Positions 17,945 through 25,558 of a stretch of DNA of 64,000 bases are shown one piece after another; the stretch's first letter is position 1; each line of letters opens with the position of its first letter. This DNA is from an uncultured Eubacteriales bacterium (lineage in GTDB: Bacteria; Bacillota; Clostridia; Christensenellales; CAG-138): the NCBI GenBank assembly GCA_902765005.1, contig CACWYB010000002.1, forward strand, positions 74,553 to 138,552. Direction: 5' to 3'. The notes under the pieces were generated by a model, which saw only the letters and a program-made list of their open reading frames with translations, was not told the origin of the DNA and ran no database searches. Position numbers and translations under genes: made by a program.

Positions 17945-19195
17945 ATGTTGGAAAACTTTCGGGAAGCCTTTGACGGCATCTGGTCCCACAAGCTCCGCAG
18001 CGCCCTGACCATGCTGGGCATCATTATCGGCATCGCCTCCATCATCGCCATCTCCTCCACCATCATGGGCACCAACGAGCAGATCAAGCAGAATCTGGTG
18101 GGCGCCGGCAACAACACCGTGGAGGTGGGGCTCTATCAGGGGGATTACCTGCTGGACCCCACCTATCAGCAGGTGCCCGAGTATGTGACGCCTCTGGACG
18201 GGAGCATCCTCGCCGAGATCAACAAGATCAAGGAGGTGAAGGACGCCTCCCTCTTCAACCGCCGGGACGCCTACGGCATGATCTGGTACGGCACGGAGGG
18301 GCTGAACCAGGGGTCCGTCTACGGGGTGGATGAGCATTTTATGTCCGTGAATGGGTTCGTCATCCGCAGCGGGCGGGCCTTCCTGCCGGAGGATTTTGCC
18401 CGGTTCAGGAAGGTGGCGCTCATCGACCGGACCGTGTCCGAGACCCTGTTCATGGGAGCGAACCCCATTAACAAGACCATCGAGATCGCTTCCGAGCCCT
18501 ATGTGGTGGTGGGCGAGTTCACCCAGAACAGCGCCTTTACCCCCACCATCACCTCCATCAACGACTACTTCACCTACACCGACCATTCCGGCGGCAAGGT
18601 GCTGATCCCCGCCACCACCTGGCCCACCCTCTTCGGCTACGATCAGCCCTCCTCCGTGGTGGTTCGGGCCGGGAGCACGGATGAGATGACCGAGGCCGGC
18701 AAACAGACCGCCGCCATTCTGAACAAGACCCTCTCCGGCAGCGGGGACGTGACCTACAAGAGCAAGGACCTGCTGGAGCAGGCCAAAAAGCTGCAGGAGC
18801 TCAGCTCCGCCACCAACCGGCAGCTCATCTGGATCGCCAGCATTTCCCTGCTGGTGGGCGGCATCGGCGTTATGAACATCATGCTGGTGTCCGTCACGGA
18901 GCGGACCCCGGAGATCGGCCTCAAGAAGGCCCTGGGGGCCCGGAAGCGGAAGATCTCCGCCCAGTTCCTCACGGAGGCCGGCGTGCTCACCTGCATCGGC
19001 GGCATCCTGGGCGTGCTGGTGGGGGTGGGGCTGGCGTATGTGGTGTCCCGGGTGTCCGGGGTGCCCATCTTCATCAGCTGGTACATCGTGGCGGCCACGG
19101 TGGTGTTCTCCTTCGTGGTGGGGCTGTTCTTCGGGGCGGTGCCCGCGGTGCAGGCCGCCCGCCTGAACCCCATCGACGCCCTGCGGCGCGAGTGA
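17945..19195 (+). CDS. ABC transporter permease, MacB/FtsX family
   Basis: 416 aa. TM1, a large extracytoplasmic domain, and a C-terminal FtsX 3-TM bundle (ISLLVGGIGVMNIMLVSVTERTPEIGLKKALGA). Confidence 0.9.
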   Translation: MLENFREAFDGIWSHKLRSALTMLGIIIGIASIIAISSTIMGTNEQIKQNLVGAGNNTVEVGLYQGDYLLDPTYQQVPEYVTPLDGSILAEINKIKEVKDASLFNRRDAYGMIWYGTEGLNQGSVYGVDEHFMSVNGFVIRSGRAFLPEDFARFRKVALIDRTVSETLFMGANPINKTIEIASEPYVVVGEFTQNSAFTPTITSINDYFTYTDHSGGKVLIPATTWPTLFGYDQPSSVVVRAGSTDEMTEAGKQTAAILNKTLSGSGDVTYKSKDLLEQAKKLQELSSATNRQLIWIASISLLVGGIGVMNIMLVSVTERTPEIGLKKALGARKRKISAQFLTEAGVLTCIGGILGVLVGVGLAYVVSRVSGVPIFISWYIVAATVVFSFVVGLFFGAVPAVQAARLNPIDALRRE

Positions 19196-19365
19196 TGCGG
19201 CTTCTTCTTTCGCCCCTTTTTCTTTTCAGTGAAAAGAAAAAGGGGCACGAAAAAGAAAAGCTTAGGAAGATAAGAAGGGATTGGGGGCATGCCCTAATCC
19301 CTTGTTAAGTTTCTCTTTTTTGGCACTTTTTTCTCTTTGTCGAAAGAGAAAAAAGTGCAAAGAAA
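19196..19365. repeat. Composite palindromic intergenic element, copy 1 (related copy at 53855-54000)
   Basis: Hairpin gcccctttttcttttc/gaaaagaaaaaggggc (19212-19246). Shared core aaaagcttaggaag. Central imperfect palindrome gggattggggg..ccctaatccc. Second hairpin gcacttttttctcttt/aaagagaaaaaagtgc (19323-19358). Confidence 0.6.
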
Positions 19366-19518
19366 AAGAACCCACGTATCTCGCAGAAAAGCCCGCGTTT
19401 TCTGGGAAATCCTGCCGCTCATTTGACATCGGCGGGAAGATGTGATATACAGTAAGCGTAAAGATATGCACAAGAAGACAACCGGGGATCCTCTCCCCGC
19501 CTTTTGGAGGAATATGAT

Positions 19519-21069
19519 ATGCAGAAAAAAAGCTTTCGGCTGAGCGCGCTGCTGCTGGCGGCGGTGCTGCTGCTGTCCGCCCTGATCGGCTGCGGGAAGA
19601 ACGACCCCTCCGTGCTCAAGCTCCCGGACGGCACCCCCGCCCCCGACGCCGCCGCACAGACCACCCCCGCCCCCCTGACGCCCCTGGGGGACCGGACCTG
19701 CCGGGTGGGCCAGGAGACCATCCCGGAGAGCACCCTCTTCTCCTTCATCCTGAACGAGGCCACCTTCGACCCCCTTCAGGGCCTGTTGCTGCGCCTGAGC
19801 TACACCAACAAGTCCCCTGACCGGGATTTCCTGGTGTCCTTGGACTACCTCTCCGTCAACGGCTACATGCAGGACGCCCTCTTCTCCGCCCCCGTGGCCG
19901 CGGGCCAGACTGGCACGGGCGAGATCCGCATCAGCGCCAACGACCTGCGCAGCGCCGGCGTCTCCTCCGTGGACGAGCTGATCCTCTACCCCCTCATCTA
20001 CGACGACAGCGTCCCCATGGGCACGGGCGACGTGGTGGACGGCGCCTTCAGCTTCTACCCCTCCGGTCAGACCCCGGGGAGCATCGTCTACCCCGTGCGC
20101 CAGCGCACCTCCGAGGAGGCCACCCTCTTTGACACGGGCTTCGGCTCCCTGGTGGTCCTGGGCGCCCAGGCGGACAGCGAGGGCCTTTCGGTGGACTGCT
20201 ATCTGGAAAACAAGACCGACCGCTTTTTGAGTTTCTCCTGGACCGACGTGTCCGTGAACGGTACCGCCCTCACCACCACCGACGACACCACCGTGGCCCC
20301 GGGCATGCGCCGCTACGCCACCCTCCTCATCCCGGAGGAGGAGCTCTCCGCCCGGGGCGTCACCGCCCCCAGCGAAGTCTCCTTCCGGACCACGGGCACA
20401 CCCCTCTCCAACAGCGACATCCAGGCCTCCCCCCTCTTTGACCAGCAGGGCACATACCGCTTCGCCGCCGCCTCCGCGGGCTACACCGACCCGGATTCCG
20501 ACGACGAGCCCGCCACCGTCCCCGACGATGCCGAGGTCGCCGAAACCGCCACCCCCGCGCCCACCACCGTCATCTACACCACCCCCACCTCCGCCCAGAA
20601 GAAGAACGCCAAAAACGGCTACGTGAAGGGCGACAAGGTGAACATGCGCTCCGGCCCCGGCACCAACTACAAGACCGTGGGCAACAAGGTCGACAAGAAC
20701 ACCGCCGTCACCCTCTATGAGCTGCAAAACGGCTGGTGGTTCCTGAAGTGCGGCTCCAAGTACGGCTACATCAAGGCGGACTACATCGCCCAGGGCAAAG
20801 CCCCCAAGGCCACCGAGGCCCCGGACAAGGACGGCGACGGCAAGACCTACGACGGCACGGTGAACACCCAGTCCGTGGCCGCCCTGCGCCAGAGCGCGGA
20901 CACCGACTCCCGGTGCGTGAAGGAGCTGTCCGACGGCACCAAGCTCACCGTCTACTACAAGACCAAGGGCAAGGACGGCAGGACCTGGTACTATGTCTCC
21001 GACGGCAGACACAAGGGCTTCATCCGCTCCGACCTTATCAAGGTCACAGGCAAAGTCCCCAGCAAGTGA
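19519..21069 (+). CDS. Lipoprotein with two C-terminal bacterial SH3 (SH3b) domains
   Basis: I take the start as the ATG at 19519 (GGAGG 8 nt upstream). Lipobox LIGCG. SH3b-like segments: GYVKGDKVNMRSGPGTNYKTVG...GWWFLKCGSKYGYIKADYI, and a second copy ending GFIRSDLI. Confidence 0.75.
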   Translation: MQKKSFRLSALLLAAVLLLSALIGCGKNDPSVLKLPDGTPAPDAAAQTTPAPLTPLGDRTCRVGQETIPESTLFSFILNEATFDPLQGLLLRLSYTNKSPDRDFLVSLDYLSVNGYMQDALFSAPVAAGQTGTGEIRISANDLRSAGVSSVDELILYPLIYDDSVPMGTGDVVDGAFSFYPSGQTPGSIVYPVRQRTSEEATLFDTGFGSLVVLGAQADSEGLSVDCYLENKTDRFLSFSWTDVSVNGTALTTTDDTTVAPGMRRYATLLIPEEELSARGVTAPSEVSFRTTGTPLSNSDIQASPLFDQQGTYRFAAASAGYTDPDSDDEPATVPDDAEVAETATPAPTTVIYTTPTSAQKKNAKNGYVKGDKVNMRSGPGTNYKTVGNKVDKNTAVTLYELQNGWWFLKCGSKYGYIKADYIAQGKAPKATEAPDKDGDGKTYDGTVNTQSVAALRQSADTDSRCVKELSDGTKLTVYYKTKGKDGRTWYYVSDGRHKGFIRSDLIKVTGKVPSK

Positions 21070-21141
21070 TTTGAACAGAGCCCCATCCTTTAGGGGCGTA
21101 TTCGAACGCCGCACCTCACTCTGGGGTGATCCACGAAACAC

Positions 21142-21176
21142 AAAAAAAGCCGAAGCGTTTTGCTTCGGCTTTCTCT
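21142..21176. terminator. Bidirectional intrinsic terminator between convergent genes
   Basis: AAAAAAA-agccgaagc-gttttg-gcttcggct-TTCTCTT. Confidence 0.7.
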
Positions 21177-21186
21177 TGCCCTACGT

Positions 21187-22074
21187 TCAATCATCATCCT
21201 CGTCGTCGTCATCATGGTCATAACGGTCGTTGTCTCGATCGCGTTCCTTCTCCTCGCTCAGAACCTCCCCGGTCTCGGCGTCGATTTTGTATTCGTACTC
21301 GATCCCGTTCTCCCTGAACTCCACCTCATACACCGTGCGGCCCTTTTCTTTCTCCCGTTCAGCCTTCAGCCCATCCGCATCCCCGGCGGCCACGCCGGCT
21401 TTTTCCAGGGCGATGCGTTTGGCCTCCTGGGCACCGATGGTGTCAGAAGCCGCTGTCTGTCCCGGCGTTGCTTTGTCGGTGCTGGAAGCCTTTTTCTCCC
21501 GTTGCTTCTCCTTTTCTGCCTTTAGCACCTTCCCGGTCTCGGCATCGATCTCTAGGTCATATTCGTACCCTTCGGCCACGAACTCCACCTCATATACCCA
21601 ACGGCCATCCTCCCTGTCCAGTCTGACCGCAAGATGCTCTGCTTGCTCCGCTGCGGCGCCTGCTTGCTCCAGGGCCACGGCTCGGGCCCGATCCTCCCCG
21701 ACAAAGGCCAGCTCTGGTGTGGCCGAAGACGATACAGCGACGACGATAGCCGGCTCCGGTGTTATGATGGGAGAAGCGGTCGCGGTGACCACAGCAGCCG
21801 TTGGATCGGTTTCGCTGTCTCCGACTTTGGCAGCGGCCTGAAGGGGCGTATTCTCCGGCTCTCGCATTAAATGTGCGCCCACAAACACGCAGAACAGCAC
21901 CACCACCGCGGCGGCGGACACCAATGCCCAGCGGGGCAAGGTCGGCCTGGCGGCCTTGGGCGCCTCATCTCGGACCACAGCGGCCCGGGCGACCGGAGGC
22001 GTTACTCCGGAGGTCTGGGGCGCGGCATGGTCAAAGGCCTGCCGCAGCTTTTTATGTATATCTCGATTGCGCAT
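21187..22074 (-). CDS. Putative anti-sigma factor: single-pass membrane protein with two PepSY-like domains and a poly-acidic C-terminus
   Basis: I take the start as the ATG at 22074 (RBS AAGGAGGAG), 11 nt after the sigma-factor stop; the track ORF is over-extended to 22362. TM helix WALVSAAAVVVLFCVFVGA. Two repeats of the type A.A.ALE.AGV....D.L...REKE.GR.VYEVEF...G.EYE..IDAETG.VL. Tail DRDNDRYDHDDDDEDDD. Confidence 0.7.
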   Translation of the reverse strand: MRNRDIHKKLRQAFDHAAPQTSGVTPPVARAAVVRDEAPKAARPTLPRWALVSAAAVVVLFCVFVGAHLMREPENTPLQAAAKVGDSETDPTAAVVTATASPIITPEPAIVVAVSSSATPELAFVGEDRARAVALEQAGAAAEQAEHLAVRLDREDGRWVYEVEFVAEGYEYDLEIDAETGKVLKAEKEKQREKKASSTDKATPGQTAASDTIGAQEAKRIALEKAGVAAGDADGLKAEREKEKGRTVYEVEFRENGIEYEYKIDAETGEVLSEEKERDRDNDRYDHDDDDEDDD

Positions 22075-22085
22075 ATGCTCCTCCT

Positions 22086-22658
22086 TTATGACAATACTTT
22101 CCTGAGCTTCTTCATGGCCCGATGATAGCGGGACAGCACCGTGGACAACGGCTCTCCCTCGAAGGCGGCTATCTCCCGGAACCGGAAGCCGCCCAGCACG
22201 TGGAGCAGCACCGCCCGCTGCTCCTCCTCCCGGAGCTCCTCCAGGCAGCTGCGGATCACCAGCCGGTCCTCCTGGGAAAGGGCGGGGTCCGCCCAGGGCG
22301 CCGCCTGCTCCAAAAGGGGTTCTGTTCCCCGCAGCTGGCGCGCCCGAAGCCGGTCGTAGCACAGGTTCCGCGTCAAACGCAGCAGGTAGGCCATGGGTTT
22401 GCCCTCCTCCCGGTAGCGCTTCGGGTCGGCGCAGAGCCGCAGATACACCTCCTGCGCCACATCCTCCGCGTCGTGGGCGTTCTTCAGCAGCGAGAGCGCG
22501 AACCCATAGACCGCGCCCCGGGTCCCTCGATAGATCTCCTCAAAGGCCTCCGCCTCACCGGCGGCCATGCGCCCCAGGCAGTCCGCCATAGAGGAAGCGC
22601 CCTTCCAGCGTGTCCAGCTATCCTGTTTTTGAATCGATGTCTGCATGCATGTCTCCAT
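22086..22658 (-). CDS. RNA polymerase sigma-70-family factor, ECF-like
   Basis: Region 2 (FEEIYRGTRGAVYGFALSLLKNAHDAEDVAQEVYLRL) and region 4 (REEEQRAVLLHVLGGFRFREIAAFEGEPLSTVLSRYHRAMKKLR). The start codon is uncertain (22658, 22646 or further in). Confidence 0.85.
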   Translation of the reverse strand: METCMQTSIQKQDSWTRWKGASSMADCLGRMAAGEAEAFEEIYRGTRGAVYGFALSLLKNAHDAEDVAQEVYLRLCADPKRYREEGKPMAYLLRLTRNLCYDRLRARQLRGTEPLLEQAAPWADPALSQEDRLVIRSCLEELREEEQRAVLLHVLGGFRFREIAAFEGEPLSTVLSRYHRAMKKLRKVLS

Positions 22659-22739
22659 TCACCCGGTTAACGCATGTGCGGGCCCGTTTATCGCATCTGT
22701 TTTGAGTATATCACAAAAGACTGTCCGGCCACATATGCC

Positions 22740-22768
22740 GTGACAATCTCCGCCCCCTGTGGTATACT
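22740..22768 (+). promoter_or_regulatory. Possible sigma-A promoter for the HAD/NUDIX/kinase/nucleosidase gene string
   Basis: GTGACA, 17 nt, TATACT (22763-22768). Confidence 0.4.
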
Positions 22769-22800
22769 GATGCCCACAGAAAAGAAACGAGGTGCACCCT

Positions 22801-23634
22801 ATGCGCTTTGACCATGCCGCCATTCTGACCGATCTGGACGGGACCCTGTTCAACAGCCAGGGAAATGTGTCCGGGGAGGACCGGGCCGCCATCCGCGCCT
22901 TCATCGCCAGGGGCGGGCTCTTTGCCGTGGCCACGGGGCGGGAGCCCCACAACGGCCGCCGCCACCTGCCCGACGTGCCCCTCAACGGCCCCTCCATCGT
23001 CCTCAACGGCGCCGCGGTCTACGATTTCGTCCACCGCAGGTACCTGAGCACCATTCCCATGGACAAGGAGGCCGCCCGGGACGTGCTGCTGCACTGCCAG
23101 GCGGAGAACTGGCCCCTGGACCTGCAGGTCTACACCACCGACGGCATCTACTACGCCTCGCCCATCGAGACGGCGGACCCGAACTTTCTGCGCATCCACC
23201 AGCCCACCCGGCAGCTGCCCATGGAGGAGCTGGAGGCAAAGACCTGGATCAAAACCGTTCTCCTGGAGCGGGCGGCGGAGGCCCTGGTCCCCATGCGGGC
23301 GTATCTGAAGGAAAAGGGCTACGACAAGCGCCTGGCCCTGGTGGAGGGCACCACGGACGTGGTGAAGATCGGCAAGTATCAGGAGCTGCTGCCCAAGGAC
23401 GTGAACAAGGGCACCGGCGTGGACGCCCTGCGCCGGCTCCCCGTCTACCGGGGGCGGACCCTCTTTGCTGTGGGCGATTACTGGAACGATGTGGAGCTCC
23501 TGCAGGCGGCGGACGTGGCCTGCGCCCCGGGCAACGCCATCCCGGAGGTCAAGGCCCTCTGCGCCCACATCCTCCCCTCCCACAACGACAGCGCCATCGC
23601 TCACCTGGTTCGCCAGGTGATCCCGGCCCTGTGA
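22801..23634 (+). CDS. Cof-type HAD-IIB family hydrolase
   Basis: I prefer the ATG at 22801 (GAGGTG 6 nt upstream). Motif I LTDLDGTLF and motif IV GDYWNDVELL. Confidence 0.85.
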   Translation: MRFDHAAILTDLDGTLFNSQGNVSGEDRAAIRAFIARGGLFAVATGREPHNGRRHLPDVPLNGPSIVLNGAAVYDFVHRRYLSTIPMDKEAARDVLLHCQAENWPLDLQVYTTDGIYYASPIETADPNFLRIHQPTRQLPMEELEAKTWIKTVLLERAAEALVPMRAYLKEKGYDKRLALVEGTTDVVKIGKYQELLPKDVNKGTGVDALRRLPVYRGRTLFAVGDYWNDVELLQAADVACAPGNAIPEVKALCAHILPSHNDSAIAHLVRQVIPAL

Positions 23635-23643
23635 GGCGGCGGT

Positions 23644-24030
23644 ATGGCTGTCGACGTGGTGGCCGCCCTGGTGGTGGAGAACGGAAAATTCATGATCTGC
23701 CAGCGCCCGGCCCATAAGGCCCGGGGGCTCCTTTGGGAGTTCGTGGGCGGCAAGGTGGAGCCGGGGGAAACCAAGGAACAGGCCCTGGTGCGGGAGTGCC
23801 GGGAGGAGCTGGGCGTTACCGTGGCCCCAGGAGAGGTGTTCATGGAGGTGGACCATGTCTATCCGGACATCACCATCCACCTGACCCTCTTTCGCGCCGC
23901 CATCGCGGCGGGCCGTCCCCAAAAGCTGGAGCACGCGGACATCCGCTTCATCGCCCCGGCAGACATCCCTCTTTACGACTTTTGCCCGGCGGACGCCGCC
24001 ATTTTAGCGCGCATCCGGGAAGGCCTATGA
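23644..24030 (+). CDS. NUDIX hydrolase (MutT-like nucleoside triphosphate pyrophosphohydrolase)
   Basis: 128 aa. Nudix box GGKVEPGETKEQALVRECREELGV. Confidence 0.85.
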   Translation: MAVDVVAALVVENGKFMICQRPAHKARGLLWEFVGGKVEPGETKEQALVRECREELGVTVAPGEVFMEVDHVYPDITIHLTLFRAAIAAGRPQKLEHADIRFIAPADIPLYDFCPADAAILARIREGL

Positions 24031-24542
24031 ACCGGGTTTTGATCCTGGGCTGCCCCGGCAGCGGCAAGAGCACCTTCGCCCGGCAGCTGGGGGCCCTCAC
24101 GGGCCTGCCCCTGGTTCACCTGGACAACGTCTACTGGCGCCCGGACGGGACCCATCTTTCCCGCCCCGCCTTCGACGAGGCCCTCCTTCGCCTGCTCCGG
24201 GAGGACCGGTGGATCCTGGACGGGAACTATAGCCGGACCTATGAAGTCCGCATCAGCGCCTGCGATACGGTCTTCTTCCTGGATTACGACACAGAGGTTT
24301 GCCTGGCGGGCGTGGCGCAACGGGTGGGCCGGCCCCGGCCGGACATGCCCTGGACGGAGGAACGGCCGGACCCGGAGCTGATCGACCTGATCCGCCGCTA
24401 CCCTGAGGAGGAGCGGCCCCGGCTGCTGGCCATCCTGGCTCGATACCCGCAAAAGACCCTCATCCGCTTTGAAACCCGCGGCCAGGCTCAGGCCTGGCTG
24501 GAAAGCAACTTTCCGAAGGAGGAGCCCCCATGGAAAAGATAA
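24027..24542 (+). CDS. P-loop NTPase / adenylate-kinase-like (topology-modulation-protein-like) protein
   Basis: ATG at 24027 forms an ATGA overlap with the NUDIX stop. [22 protein letters not shown]. The track ORF is over-extended upstream to 23733. Confidence 0.7.
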   Translation: MNRVLILGCPGSGKSTFARQLGALTGLPLVHLDNVYWRPDGTHLSRPAFDEALLRLLREDRWILDGNYSRTYEVRISACDTVFFLDYDTEVCLAGVAQRVGRPRPDMPWTEERPDPELIDLIRRYPEEERPRLLAILARYPQKTLIRFETRGQAQAWLESNFPKEEPPWKR

Positions 24543-25459
24543 AGATGATCCTGGACTGCGACGTGGGCCATGACGACGCCGTTGCCCTCATGGTGGCCGC
24601 CAAGCACCCGGCCTTGGAGCTGCTGGGGGTCACCGCCGTGGCCGGCAACCAGACCCTGGACAAGACCCTGCCCAACACCCTTCACGTGTGCCAGCATTTG
24701 GGGCTGCGCGTTCCCGTCTACGGGGGCATGACGCTGCCCATGGTGCGGGATCAGATCACCGCCGGGGACATCCACGGCAAATCCGGCCTGGACGGCCCCG
24801 TCTTCGAACCCCTCACCTGGAAGCAGGCGGAGCGGGAGCACGCGGTGAGCTACCTCATCCGCACCCTTATGGATTCCGACGGGGATATCACCTTGGTCCC
24901 CGTGGCGCCGCTGACCAACATCGCCATGGCCATGCGCCTGGAGCCCCGGATCATCCCCAAGATCCGCCGCATCGTCATGATGGGCGGCGCCTACGGCCTG
25001 GGCAACACCACCCCCGCCGCGGAGTTTAACGTGTTCGTGGACCCGGAGGCCGCCCATGTGGTTTTCACCTCCTGGGTGCCCCTGGTCATGATGGGGCTGG
25101 ACCTGACCAACCAGACCCTGGCGGACCTTTCCGTCATCCAGCGCATGGAGGCGCTGGGCAATCCGGCGGGCAAGCTCTTCGGGGACATCATGCGCTTCAC
25201 CCACAAAAGCCAGGCCGCCGTGGGCCTTGCCGCCGGCCCGGTCCACGATGTGACCGCCGTGGTCTACCTCTTCGCTCCCGAGGTCTTCACCACCCGCCCC
25301 GCCTATGTGCAGGTGGATCTCTCCCGGGGCCCCAGCTACGGCCGCACGGTCTGCGACTTTGTGGGCCGCCTGGGCCACGCCCCCAACGCCCAGGTGGGCA
25401 CCGGGGTGGACCTTGCCCGCTTCTGGGACATCGTGGCCTCCACCCTGGCCCTCTACTGA
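24530..25459 (+). CDS. Nucleoside hydrolase (IUNH family)
   Basis: 309 aa. N-terminal fingerprint [12 protein letters not shown] (DxDxxxDD). Confidence 0.9.
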   Translation: MEKIKMILDCDVGHDDAVALMVAAKHPALELLGVTAVAGNQTLDKTLPNTLHVCQHLGLRVPVYGGMTLPMVRDQITAGDIHGKSGLDGPVFEPLTWKQAEREHAVSYLIRTLMDSDGDITLVPVAPLTNIAMAMRLEPRIIPKIRRIVMMGGAYGLGNTTPAAEFNVFVDPEAAHVVFTSWVPLVMMGLDLTNQTLADLSVIQRMEALGNPAGKLFGDIMRFTHKSQAAVGLAAGPVHDVTAVVYLFAPEVFTTRPAYVQVDLSRGPSYGRTVCDFVGRLGHAPNAQVGTGVDLARFWDIVASTLALY

Positions 25460-25476
25460 ACCCCCAAAACCAAAAA

Positions 25477-25501
25477 GGAACGGCCATGCCGTTCCTTTTT
25501 T
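25477..25501 (+). terminator. Intrinsic terminator
   Basis: ggaacggc-cat-gccgttcc followed by TTTTTT. Confidence 0.8.
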
Positions 25502-25558
25502 GCGAAATCTGTTATTTTGGGTTGAATTTGGGCTGGCGGTAGGATATGCTGATAGCAA

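Noticed and set aside
15875-18586. 903-aa ORF on the minus strand
   Set aside because: It is antisense to the adaptor-like and permease genes of the MacB-type system. It is extremely Gly/Ala/Pro/Val/His-rich, so I treat it as a shadow ORF.
19294-21141. 615-aa ORF on the minus strand
   Set aside because: It is antisense to the SH3b lipoprotein gene, which has a signal peptide, an RBS and domain motifs. Its composition is Gly/Val/Ala low complexity.
22659-22760. ECF-type autoregulatory promoter upstream of the sigma factor gene (AAAC ... CGTT on the minus strand)
   Set aside because: The spacing between the AAC and CGT elements is only about 13 nt instead of 16-17. I cannot support it from sequence alone.
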